DNA of 64,000 nucleotides from a virus (IMGVR_UViG_3300016476_001378); one strand, 5' to 3'; positions 1-7,809 are shown, numbered from the stretch's first letter. Made by a program: numbers and translations. The notes: generated from the letters alone by a model not told the origin.

Positions 1-4
1 CACC

Positions 5-36
5 AGATGCTACAAAGTGTTATCTTTGTAGCATCT
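5..36. repeat. Perfect inverted repeat AGATGCTACAAAG-TGTTAT-CTTTGTAGCATCT
   Basis: 13-bp arms just past the stop of gene 41..787; same core and loop recur at 6257-6288. Confidence 0.8.
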
Positions 37-40
37 CTGA

Positions 41-787
41 TTACATTGTAGCACATTTAGCAGTGTTTTGCACAACTGGTAGCACTTTTAAGGCGTTTTT
101 AATCCGCTTTGATGTAGAACCATCAGGTGCAAACAGAATAACAAGTTTATTATCCCGTAAAGCCTTATCATTCCAACAAAGTTTACACTTTGCACAACTT
201 TCCTGTTTACCAGTCTGTTGCGGGCAGGGAACACCACGGAAACCATTGCCTAAGTCATAAGCCCGATGCGTTTTATGAGGTTCTGGAACCACTAGAACAC
301 AAGCGTAACCCCGATTATGTTCGTGTTCGATTTCTGCAACATTCTCACAAGAACGTAGAACCGAAACAGCACCCCAGATGCTACGTGGTACGTTTGGTGC
401 ATGGGTATACGTCCAAACTGGCTTATTATAAGTCTTTATGTATTGATTAGCGGCTTTAGATACAATCCTAGCGGATTTTTGTGTACGACAATCACCCAGA
501 ATGTGCAATCGAAGCGGACGCTTGCCCGACAAAGTAGAAATAGCCTGAGCCTCAAACTTTGCAAGTTGCTCTGGATTGTACTTGCCAAGTTCCTGAGCAG
601 AGTTCAGACGCATTGTCGTAACATTAGCCTTGCCATGTTCACCATAGCAACCATTCTTGTAAAAAGAACAGGTCTTAGGGCAGGAACCTTGGGAAACCCA
701 AGTGGCACTAATGGAACCGTCTTTGGACAACTTGGTGTCACCAGAACGCTCAACAGCGATTGCAGGAAGTGGGGTGTTTGTAATCAT
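41..787 (-). CDS. Cys-rich phage protein (mycobacteriophage gp88-like, possibly Fe-S)
   Basis: SCPKTC...GCY, LRLHILGD, WTYTH and CP...CAKCKLC motifs; start set at ATG 787, directly after the promoter motif. Confidence 0.55.
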   Translation of the reverse strand: MITNTPLPAIAVERSGDTKLSKDGSISATWVSQGSCPKTCSFYKNGCYGEHGKANVTTMRLNSAQELGKYNPEQLAKFEAQAISTLSGKRPLRLHILGDCRTQKSARIVSKAANQYIKTYNKPVWTYTHAPNVPRSIWGAVSVLRSCENVAEIEHEHNRGYACVLVVPEPHKTHRAYDLGNGFRGVPCPQQTGKQESCAKCKLCWNDKALRDNKLVILFAPDGSTSKRIKNALKVLPVVQNTAKCATM

Positions 788-821
788 ACTATTATAGTAT
801 ACCACACTCGGTTTTTAAGAT
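785..821 (-). promoter_or_regulatory. Phage promoter motif TCTTAA-N17-CTATAATAGT-ATG (representative of about 30 copies)
   Basis: Same bipartite motif and spacing at about 1385, 2028, 3726, 4674, 6203, 6966, 7474, 7590, 8508, 9087, 10289, 11152, 11513, 11990, 12238, 13838, 14361, 15020, 16350, 18725, 18788, 20247, 26390, 30982, 34843, 46321, 48177, 56496 and 60506 (minus), and 38063 and 41266 (plus). Confidence 0.85.
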
Positions 822-907
822 AAAACTTAGGGCCCCTTTTAAGTCTTTGTAAATCCTGGGGCCAGCGGCGAATAATCTACAAATACAATGTAGATTATTT
901 ATTTCCC

Positions 908-1375
908 CTAATAGGTCAAGTTTCTAGGAAGAAACTCATAATCCTCAGCCGATACGCTATAAGCAGGAAGAAAAGAGGCTACCAAGTCCCAGCCCTCATT
1001 GTCGTAGGTGTTTTTTACAAACCATCGACCAGCGGAGAATAGATAGATGTAATCTATGCAACTAATATTTTGATGCCACTCATCCAGCGTGAAAACTCTC
1101 GCCTCGGTATTCTGTTCGCCACGGTCGCGACCATAGAACACAGTTACACCATTTTCTGGATTATCGAAAGTATGATAATCGCCCGATGGATTAATCTCAA
1201 GAGCAAGGTAACTCATGTCACCGAAAGACAACAACTCACTCACACGCTCAGGAGTGTTATAAGATTCTAGCAGAATCTCACCAACACCATCAGGATAGCC
1301 ATCGTAATGACAATAAACAACCTTTATGTTACCGTCTGGGAGCATCATACCAATATTACTTCGTGTAGCCATCAT
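908..1375 (-). CDS. Conserved phage hypothetical protein (YCHYDGY motif)
   Basis: MATRSNIG...VYCHYDGYP..VG..L motif; GAGGT SD and promoter motif upstream. Confidence 0.75.
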   Translation of the reverse strand: MMATRSNIGMMLPDGNIKVVYCHYDGYPDGVGEILLESYNTPERVSELLSFGDMSYLALEINPSGDYHTFDNPENGVTVFYGRDRGEQNTEARVFTLDEWHQNISCIDYIYLFSAGRWFVKNTYDNEGWDLVASFLPAYSVSAEDYEFLPRNLTY

Positions 1376-1450
1376 TATTACCTCACTACTATAGAATCTG
1401 ATTAATAGTTTTTAAGATAAAAAGGGGCACGAGCCAGATTCTACAAAGCC

Positions 1451-1777
1451 TTAACTCTGTTGAATCTTTTTGACAAACTTGCTGACAAACTTATCTAAAA
1501 CAGACTCATTACCGTCAACAAAATCTGTAATGGTTAACACAAGACCAAAGAAGTAGAATGCTAACCCCATACACAACTCTACAGCCCCGTATTTGAGCAT
1601 TATAAGAGTTCCATTAAGTATGTACTCAAAAACGCTCCCAATGACCGTTATTAAGCCCAATAACACTGATAAAACACCAACGAGAGCAATAGACTTACCA
1701 ACTAACTTGATAAAAGCCCATGTGCCTATCAAGGGCAAAGCAACGTAATACAAAACCTCTAAAACTCTACTTGTCAT
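1451..1777 (-). CDS. Small multi-pass membrane protein
   Basis: Three hydrophobic segments; GGAG SD before ATG 1777. Confidence 0.6.
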   Translation of the reverse strand: MTSRVLEVLYYVALPLIGTWAFIKLVGKSIALVGVLSVLLGLITVIGSVFEYILNGTLIMLKYGAVELCMGLAFYFFGLVLTITDFVDGNESVLDKFVSKFVKKIQQS

Positions 1778-2030
1778 AAGGGTCTCCACCAAACAAAGTG
1801 TACGCCATTAGATTTGCTTGAACCATTTCTTCTTCTTTCTTATTCTCCTCTTCAGTCAAGGGGAAAATCTTATCTACGATAGCAGAAGCAGGCTCTACAG
1901 GCAAACCAGCCAAACAACACAACTCTAGCACTGTTACAACTCTTTCATAGCCGTACTTTTCACAAGTAAAAGGCATAACATCACGGGCGAGATTGTAGAA
2001 CGGGTTGCTCAAAAGGTCTTTGTTTTCCAT
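1767..2030 (-). CDS. Hypothetical protein
   Basis: ATG 2030 immediately follows the promoter motif. Confidence 0.6.
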   Translation of the reverse strand: MENKDLLSNPFYNLARDVMPFTCEKYGYERVVTVLELCCLAGLPVEPASAIVDKIFPLTEEENKKEEEMVQANLMAYTLFGGDPYDK

Positions 2031-2180
2031 ACTACTATAGAAATACAATGGGGGATTTTAAGATAGATTTAATCCTTTGTACATTTTGGGGCCAAGCTAA
2101 TATAGATATCTATATATATACTATAATATACCTCTATATAGGGGTTCAAAAAACTGAAAAGATAAATCAGAAATAAATAA

Positions 2181-2210
2181 AAGGGGCTGTCATTAAGACA
2201 ACCCCTTTTT
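2181..2210. terminator. Intrinsic terminator after the tRNA run
   Basis: AAGGGG..GTC/GAC..CCCCTT stem flanked by A and T tracts. Confidence 0.55.
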
Positions 2211-2211
2211 A

Positions 2212-2283
2212 AGCGGGAGACGAGATTCGAACTCGCGACTTTCACCTTGGCAAGGTGACACTCTACCACTGAGTTACTCCCGC
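2212..2283 (-). tRNA. tRNA-Gly(GCC)
   Basis: Cloverleaf GCGGGAG...CTCCCGC, anticodon loop TTGCCAA, TTCGAAT T-loop; no encoded CCA. Confidence 0.95.
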
Positions 2284-2287
2284 TTAA

Positions 2288-2360
2288 TGGACAGTAGCGG
2301 GATCGAACCGCTGACCTATGGATTGCAAAACCATCGCTCTCCCAGCTGAGCTAACCGCCC
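2288..2360 (-). tRNA. tRNA-Ala(TGC)
   Basis: GGGCGGT...ACTGTCC-A with G3:U70, anticodon loop TTTGCAA. Confidence 0.93.
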
Positions 2361-2363
2361 TTA

Positions 2364-2431
2364 GGTGGCTTTGGCAGATTAATAAAAAACTAACGTAACA
2401 ATTATGTAATAAAAGTTCTGCCAAAACCACC
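2364..2431 (-). ncRNA. Candidate 68-nt hairpin RNA between tRNA-Thr and tRNA-Ala
   Basis: 15-bp terminal stem GGTGGTTTTGGCAGA/TCTGCCAAAGCCACC around a U-rich loop. Confidence 0.4.
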
Positions 2432-2432
2432 A

Positions 2433-2504
2433 AGCCAGATGCAGGAATCGAACCCGCCACATACGGTTTACAAAACCGTCGTTCTACCGATGAACTAATC
2501 TGGC
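2433..2504 (-). tRNA. tRNA-Thr(TGT)
   Basis: GCCAGAT...ATCTGGC, anticodon arm ACGGT-TTTGTAA-ACCGT. Confidence 0.93.
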
Positions 2505-2537
2505 ATAATTTAATTATACAGTCTTTTTATTTTAATA

Positions 2538-2610
2538 CTGGCCAGGATGGACTCGAACCATCAACCTCAAAGTTAACAGCTTTTTGCACCGCCGATTGTG
2601 CTACTGGCCA
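2538..2610 (-). tRNA. tRNA-Asn(GTT)
   Basis: TGGCCAG...CTGGCCA-G, loop CTGTTAA. Confidence 0.9.
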
Positions 2611-2616
2611 ACATTA

Positions 2617-2687
2617 GTGCGGGAAAGGTTGAACCCTCGGCTTTTGATTATGAGCCAAACGAGCTACCAGACTGCTTCTGCCCCGCG
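2617..2687 (-). pseudogene. Degenerate initiator-type tRNA-Met(CAT)
   Basis: 5' CGCGGGG and C1xA72 mismatch as in tRNA-fMet, loop CTCATAA; lacks the three G-C anticodon-stem pairs and has a shortened T-arm. Confidence 0.6.
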
Positions 2688-2799
2688 ACATTTATTAAAA
2701 TATTATACATTATTATGTGATTAAAATTTAAAAAAATATACATTGAGCTTAAAGGATAATAAATTATTATTGTATAATTTAAGCTATAGGAGATACAAA

Positions 2800-3327
2800 A
2801 TGAAAAAATGTTTGAAATGCAATAATGATTTGCCAAACTTTATAAAAATAGATGGCAAATCCCATAACATAAGTAATAGAAAATTCTGTTTAGAATGCTC
2901 ACCATTTAAAATGCATAATACCAAAAATTTATTAAATCAAGAACTGATACAAACTAAAAAAATATGCCCTAAATGTAAAATTGAAAAACCAATAGAAGAA
3001 TTTTATCGCCGACGGAATAATACGAATTGTTCAGTATATTGTAAATTATGCACAACAACTACAACAACCGAAAGACAACAAAATATAAAACAAAAAGCAG
3101 TTGACTATTTAGGCGGAAAGTGTTCTGTTTGTGACTATAATAAATGTTTAGGTGCTTTAGAATTTCACCATGTAAATCCAGAAGAAAAAGATTTTAATAT
3201 AGCAGAATTAAAACTATCTTCATTTGATAGAATGAAAACAGAATTAAATAAATGTATTTTAGTTTGTGCAAATTGCCATAGAGAAATACATGGAGGCTTG
3301 ATTAAAATATCCCCCAACAAAAGCTAG
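2800..3327 (+). CDS. HNH homing endonuclease with zinc fingers
   Basis: Several CxxC pairs; LEFHHVNP...KC.LVCANCHREIH; AGGAG SD; inserted in the tRNA cluster in the opposite orientation. Confidence 0.88.
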   Translation: MKKCLKCNNDLPNFIKIDGKSHNISNRKFCLECSPFKMHNTKNLLNQELIQTKKICPKCKIEKPIEEFYRRRNNTNCSVYCKLCTTTTTTERQQNIKQKAVDYLGGKCSVCDYNKCLGALEFHHVNPEEKDFNIAELKLSSFDRMKTELNKCILVCANCHREIHGGLIKISPNKS

Positions 3328-3339
3328 GGGATATTTTTA

Positions 3340-3413
3340 CACTCCGAGAGGGATTCGAACCCCCGACAAACAGGGTAGAAACCTGCTACTCTAATCCACT
3401 GAGCTATCGGAGC
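3340..3413 (-). tRNA. tRNA-Arg(TCT)
   Basis: GCTCCGA...TCGGAGT-G, loop TTTCTAC. Confidence 0.92.
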
Positions 3414-3437
3414 AAACATTATTATTTATACAACATA

Positions 3438-3728
3438 TTATGGTGTGATTATCTCCCAAATCGGAAATGTCATCCAACCATTTTTTACAGATATTGTTGT
3501 CTGTTTGAACAGACCTGAAGCCAATGCGTCTTCAGCAATCTCTGCATTCTCAGAGTATGTTTTTGCAAAGAACTGGTTTTCAGCCAACTCAATGTCACAG
3601 TCTAGACTAGTAGAAAGTTTAGTGAGCGGATAGCCATACTCATCTTTTAACAGCACAGCAAGGTTACCATTGCTGTATCGGGCAGTTTCAACATGAGCGA
3701 CACCGTGAGAAGTAGTTTGCATTTTCAT
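3438..3728 (-). CDS. Hypothetical protein (DUF4313-like)
   Basis: YSNGNLAVLL...G.P...LST.L pattern; ATG abuts the promoter motif. Confidence 0.6.
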   Translation of the reverse strand: MKMQTTSHGVAHVETARYSNGNLAVLLKDEYGYPLTKLSTSLDCDIELAENQFFAKTYSENAEIAEDALASGLFKQTTISVKNGWMTFPIWEIITP

Positions 3729-3814
3729 ACTACTATAGAACCACTTGCATACTTTTTAAGAAGAAAACTAATCCTTTGTAGATTTTGGGGGCTCCCCAAA
3801 ATTTTATGGGCCCG
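3676..3814. repeat. About 139-bp direct repeat, copy 1 (copy 2 at 4624-4762)
   Basis: Near-identical segments containing the promoter, the first 17 codons of gene 3438..3728 and the last 8 nt of tRNA-Tyr. Confidence 0.92.
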
Positions 3815-3884
3815 GAGCCGAAGCCCCGCCCGAACGTCCTAAGCCTCGACGGCTTCCTCGTCCAGTTCCCACTCCCAGAAGGAC

Positions 3885-4556
3885 TTAGCGGAAGTCGGTC
3901 TCCTGGGAGAGGCAGACGCTACCGTCGATGCCGTCGAAGGTGACGTGGAAGTCGCAGCCTGGCTCGCCCGTGTCAAGGGTGAAGGCGAGGTCGGGGTAGC
4001 GTGCCACCACGGTGCGGAACCACTGTTCAGGGGAACACCATGCGGTCTCGAAGTCGATGATGAGTTCGCCCTCGTCGATGCGGGAGTCAAAGATGTCGGG
4101 TCTGGAGCAGTCCCACTTCGTACCCCAGTTGGCACACGCCCAGTCGAACCAGTTGGAGTATCCCGTGGCTTCTTTGGCGAGCCAGTTGCCCTCAATGCCC
4201 TGAGCGTAGTCCAGAATCCAGTGGGCGGTTCCGCCCAGTGCCTTGTAGGCTTCGATAATCGCCTTTGCTTGAACCACACCCTCTGCCGACACGTCGGTGG
4301 TGGCGGGCATATCGGGGAACGTGGACTCGCCCTTCTCGCCGTTCAGCATCTGGAGGGCGGTGAGACCCTGCGACTGCACCATGCGGAGCAGTTGCCCCGA
4401 GGTGCGGGAGGGGGAGATGGTGCCATCGAGAACGTCTGGCATCGGGACGAGAGCGTGGAAGGAGAACCCTTCATCTGTCTTGTTGTCGGCGAGAAAAGAG
4501 CGGAGAGCATCAGGCTCTCCCTTAACAACGAGTTTGTTCAGTGCCCAGTTTGGCAT
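3885..4556 (-). CDS. DUF1281/YubB-like ferredoxin-fold protein, GC-rich
   Basis: MPNW..N, NWFDWACANWGTKWD and F.TAWCSP motifs; GC content visibly far above the flanks. Confidence 0.8.
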   Translation of the reverse strand: MPNWALNKLVVKGEPDALRSFLADNKTDEGFSFHALVPMPDVLDGTISPSRTSGQLLRMVQSQGLTALQMLNGEKGESTFPDMPATTDVSAEGVVQAKAIIEAYKALGGTAHWILDYAQGIEGNWLAKEATGYSNWFDWACANWGTKWDCSRPDIFDSRIDEGELIIDFETAWCSPEQWFRTVVARYPDLAFTLDTGEPGCDFHVTFDGIDGSVCLSQETDFR

Positions 4557-4623
4557 GGCTTTGTTTCCTCATGGGAGTGGACTCCCGATACTCTATCCGA
4601 CTTTTGATTTCTTCTGCTTCTTC

Positions 4624-4762
4624 TATCGGGTAGTTTCAACATTAGCGACACCGTAAGAAGTAGTTTGCATATTCATACTACTATAGAACCGCTTGCACAC
4701 TTTTTAAGAAGAAAACTAATCCTTTGTAGATTTTGGGGCCTCCCCCAAAAATTATGGGCCCG
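4624..4762. repeat. About 139-bp direct repeat, copy 2
   Basis: Matches 3676-3814; encodes truncated MNMQTTSYGVANVETTR-stop. Confidence 0.92.
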
Positions 4763-4837
4763 ACAAGATTCGAACTTGTGTAGGCTTACGCCGACGATTT
4801 TACAGACCGCCTCCTTTAGCCACTCGGACACAGACCC
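4755..4837 (-). tRNA. tRNA-Tyr(GTA)
   Basis: GGGTCTG...CGGGCCC-A, loop CTGTAAA, long variable arm. Confidence 0.92.
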
Positions 4838-4846
4838 ATATTTAAA

Positions 4847-4920
4847 CGACCCAGACGGGACTTGAACCCGCGACCTCTGCCGTGACAGGGCAGTGCTCTA
4901 ACCAATTGAGCTACTGAGCC
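4847..4920 (-). tRNA. tRNA-Asp(GTC)
   Basis: Anticodon arm CTGCC-CTGTCAC-GGCAG, G73. Confidence 0.94.
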
Positions 4921-5201
4921 AAAAACTTTAAATTACCATGTTCTTCTTGATATGCTTGTACTGCTTCAAAACCCCATATCACGCCATTCAATTTATCCAT
5001 AACTTGAAGATAACTGTGAATCATACCAAAAAGAGTCAACCATTCATTTTCGGTGTAATTGTAAACTATAGAAACAAACCAGTTACCATCATCATGAGGA
5101 TGTCCACTTGGATACATATTAAATGTAAGTTTGATAGGAGCATAATGTCTATTCATATACTCTATCCTACTTTTGATTTCTTCTGCTTCTTCTATAGTCA
5201 T
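4911..5201 (-). CDS. Hypothetical protein
   Basis: 96-aa ORF with AGGT SD; its stop lies inside the 5' end of tRNA-Asp. Confidence 0.6.
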   Translation of the reverse strand: MTIEEAEEIKSRIEYMNRHYAPIKLTFNMYPSGHPHDDGNWFVSIVYNYTENEWLTLFGMIHSYLQVMDKLNGVIWGFEAVQAYQEEHGNLKFLAQ

Positions 5202-5216
5202 AATTTTAACCTAAAA

Positions 5217-5302
5217 AGGAAAGTGAGAGATTCGAACTCTCGGATGCTTTTGACATCAATTGTTTTCAAGACAATCGCATTAGACCACTCTGCCAACTTT
5301 CC
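5217..5302 (-). tRNA. tRNA-Ser(TGA)
   Basis: GGAAAGT...ACTTTCC, loop CTTGAAA, long variable arm. Confidence 0.92.
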
Positions 5303-5306
5303 CCAG

Positions 5307-5378
5307 TGGGCGGTGAGGGATTCGAACCCCCGACCGATAGTGTGTAAAACTATAGCGCTACCGCTGCGCCAACCGCCC
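5307..5378 (-). tRNA. tRNA-Val(TAC)
   Basis: Anticodon arm ATAGT-TTTACAC-ACTAT. Confidence 0.93.
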
Positions 5379-5599
5379 TAAGCAATCACCCAATCATCTG
5401 CTAAAAAATCTTCAGCATTAAGGCGGAGTGTATCTTGCTCTGAATATTTGATGTCATACTTGACACCTTCGTGTTGATTATACTTAATCATCATGCCAAA
5501 CTTTTTAACATTAGAATCAAAGCAATAAGTAATGTTACAGTTAGCCCTTTTTACAACCTTATTATTTTTCATCTCAATCAGTGCTTCACTAAGTGTCAT
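5378..5599 (-). CDS. DUF2829/Tad2-like small protein
   Basis: MTLSEAL..MK.NK.VKR N-terminus and EDFLADDW C-terminus. Confidence 0.55.
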   Translation of the reverse strand: MTLSEALIEMKNNKVVKRANCNITYCFDSNVKKFGMMIKYNQHEGVKYDIKYSEQDTLRLNAEDFLADDWVIA

Positions 5600-5654
5600 T
5601 TCTACCTCAATATAATAGAATCAAGATTCGATTTTTAAGATGGAAAGTCAAAGA

Positions 5655-5725
5655 TTCTCCAGTAGAGATTCGAACTCCAATTAAAGGCACCAAAAACCTC
5701 TGTCCTACCATTGAACGACCGGAGA
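5655..5725 (-). tRNA. tRNA-Gln(TTG)
   Basis: TCTCCGG...CTGGAGA, loop TTTTGGT. Confidence 0.9.
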
Positions 5726-5798
5726 TAGCCTGTAGGGGTCTCGAACCCCTGGTCTCCTCCGTGAAAGGGAGGCATCTTAACCGCTCGACTAACAGGCC
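5726..5798 (-). tRNA. tRNA-Glu(TTC)
   Basis: Anticodon arm CCTCC-CTTTCAC-GGAGG; abuts tRNA-Gln with no spacer. Confidence 0.92.
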
Positions 5799-5840
5799 CC
5801 AAATTTATATTCGTATGAATATCAAAATATTTATACACTA

Positions 5841-6188
5841 TTAGAAACTAAAATCAAAATATTTACTTCTAGTTCCTATTGACCAATGTTGTCCATTTTT
5901 CATGCCTTGGCCTTTAGTAACCCAGCATCCATTCTTTCGCCTTGTTACAACGTATGTTGGATTTGTTGGATTTTGTGTAAACTCGTATTTTTGTGCATCT
6001 GACATACCATTGTTGTCTACTCGTTCATAGTCATCTGCTTGAAGGAGCAATGTATTCTTGTCAATGATATCAATAACGGTGAATGGATATCTATCGGTGA
6101 ACATTAGTTTTGTTGCTCCCATACCCACTTCGATTTCTGGAGTTTGAGTTTGAAGCATGATGTCGTTGATTAAAGAGCCAGTTTGCAT
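5841..6188 (-). CDS. Conserved phage hypothetical protein
   Basis: PEIEVGMGAT...TDRYPFTVI motif; AAGGA SD and promoter motif. Confidence 0.7.
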   Translation of the reverse strand: MQTGSLINDIMLQTQTPEIEVGMGATKLMFTDRYPFTVIDIIDKNTLLLQADDYERVDNNGMSDAQKYEFTQNPTNPTYVVTRRKNGCWVTKGQGMKNGQHWSIGTRSKYFDFSF

Positions 6189-6256
6189 TTTCGTTTCCTT
6201 ATTCTATTATAGGGAGTGTTTGTATTTTTTAAGATAAATTTTTGGGGGCCAGAGCC

Positions 6257-6288
6257 AGACTCTACAAAGTGTTATCTTTGTAGAGTCT
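6257..6288. repeat. Inverted repeat AGACTCTACAAAG-TGTTAT-CTTTGTAGAGTCT
   Basis: Same core and loop as 5-36, with compensatory changes in the outer arms. Confidence 0.8.
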
Positions 6289-6311
6289 CAATCCTAACAA
6301 CACCCCTGATG

Positions 6312-6968
6312 TTAGGATTCCAGCACATAAGACCAGTATCGGGAGTCTGTATGCCCTTGTTTTGCATCCCAGAACATACAGCGGGCGATATAAGGTGCTG
6401 TATTGATGTTTTTAGAGCGATTAATCCAATCTTGCTCGTTATTTTCATAAACTTTCTTCAAAGTACCGCTATTGCGAACCTCTTTCATGCCGTATAACTG
6501 CATCATGTGAGTATCAAGGCAGACTACCTCTGCTTCATTCGGAAAACACATTTCCAAAGTAAAGGAAACCTTGGTAATGCCGATACCCTTGAGGCGATTA
6601 TTCAAACGGTCACGGAAAGCCGTCCATGTTTCGTCTGCTCCACGATGGAAATCAGCGGTGTTGGACATAAAGTCCTGCATGAAGTTCCAGATGTATTCGG
6701 TGCGGACGTTGAACATACCGCAACGAGCGTCAATGAGCAACTGGCGAAGGGTCTCTTTGTCTTCAGACCACTTGTCGAAATCCTTGATGGCATTGTAGCC
6801 ACGGACGTTGCCTTCCCACGTAGTGTGGATGGAAGTGTATGCGAATAGCCAGCGTCGAAAAATGTCCTCATCGGTTTCTGGCTTGATGCTATTCCAGTAA
6901 TCGGAATAGGTATCAATCTGGCTGGTCGTCATGGAAGAGAAGATGTTTTCAATAAGAGGGGTGTTCAT
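6312..6968 (-). CDS. HhH-GPD DNA glycosylase (Ogg2/8-oxoguanine glycosylase-like)
   Basis: HhH motif LKGIGITKVSF (catalytic-type Lys) followed by VCLDTH (Asp). Confidence 0.65.
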   Translation of the reverse strand: MNTPLIENIFSSMTTSQIDTYSDYWNSIKPETDEDIFRRWLFAYTSIHTTWEGNVRGYNAIKDFDKWSEDKETLRQLLIDARCGMFNVRTEYIWNFMQDFMSNTADFHRGADETWTAFRDRLNNRLKGIGITKVSFTLEMCFPNEAEVVCLDTHMMQLYGMKEVRNSGTLKKVYENNEQDWINRSKNINTAPYIARCMFWDAKQGHTDSRYWSYVLES

Positions 6969-7069
6969 ACTATTATAGAACATCCTGCCCCTTTTTAAGA
7001 TAGATTTTAACCCTTTGTAAATTTTGGGGGGAGGCTCGAAAAAAGGGGCGAGAAACTCACCCCTCTTTT

Positions 7070-7459
7070 TTAGATTTGAATCTTCTGATTGCTCAAGCGT
7101 GTAGGCTTCTTTGTTGAAACCATTGGCTTGTTCGAAAGCGTAGGTGCAACCCGTGGTGCTTTGCTCGAAACCTTAGGGGTCGCCTTGGCAGTTGCCTTAG
7201 CACTGGTCTTCGATTGGACACTGACCGTCTTTGGCTCATCTACACGGACACCGTTGCTGATGTCAAGCAACTGGTGGAGCATCTTGCCCTTGGAGCGGGA
7301 AGTGATGAGAGAAACAACATCGGCAACGCCCGCCTCATCAAGAGAATAACGATACGTTGAACCGCTCTTGCGGAATGTAACATCTACAGTGTTGTCCTGT
7401 GTGTTGACCTGAACACGGGAGGTCATCGTCGAATCGAAATCACTAAAAATAGCCGTCAT
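7070..7459 (-). CDS. KTSC-like domain protein with Lys/Ala/Pro-rich tail
   Basis: ST.TSRV...V.V.F..SG..Y.Y...SKG pattern; histone H1-like basic tail; AGGAG SD. Confidence 0.55.
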   Translation of the reverse strand: MTAIFSDFDSTMTSRVQVNTQDNTVDVTFRKSGSTYRYSLDEAGVADVVSLITSRSKGKMLHQLLDISNGVRVDEPKTVSVQSKTSAKATAKATPKVSSKAPRVAPTLSNKPMVSTKKPTRLSNQKIQI

Positions 7460-7510
7460 TTATTTTCTCCTTACACTATTATAGCAAGTGCATGCTCTTT
7501 TTTAAGATGG

Positions 7511-7589
7511 AAGAGGGTGACAAAGGCAACGCTCGGAGAGCATTTTTTATTATCGGTTTGGGTCTCTGCGGTGTGTCCATCACCCTCTT
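7511..7589 (-). ncRNA. Candidate 79-nt small RNA with its own promoter
   Basis: Starts right after the promoter motif at 7590-7625; AAGAGGGTGA/TCACCCTCTT terminal stem. Confidence 0.45.
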
Positions 7590-7656
7590 ATACTATTATA
7601 GGGGCCCCTTTTAATTTTTAAGATAGAATAGCCGCGCCCCCAGAAATCACAAAGGC

Positions 7657-7809
7657 TTATTTCCCCTCTGCGATTTTCTGAACAAAGTTTTTAATCGTTT
7701 GTGCAGACTTTGCTTTAAAGATAACATTGCCTTGTTCATCTTCTACCCAATAAAACTCTGAATCTTTGTATTGAAACAAACCATGCGACATTGATAAGAA
7801 TTTTCTCAT
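7657..7809 (-). CDS. Small hypothetical protein (50 aa, below the ORF-track cutoff)
   Basis: MRKFLSMSHGLFQYKDSEFYWVEDEQGNV...; AGGAGA SD. Confidence 0.55.
   Translation of the reverse strand: MRKFLSMSHGLFQYKDSEFYWVEDEQGNVIFKAKSAQTIKNFVQKIAEGK

Noticed and set aside
3839-4656. Overlapping ORFs 3839..4279, 3945..4607 and 4297..4656
   Set aside because: Shadow frames of the GC-rich gene 3885..4556, which carries the conserved motifs.
2069-5844. ORFs 2069..2269, 2648..2836, 4665..4865, 4938..5381, 5593..5844 and 5635..5838
   Set aside because: They are translations of tRNA genes or their antisense strands.
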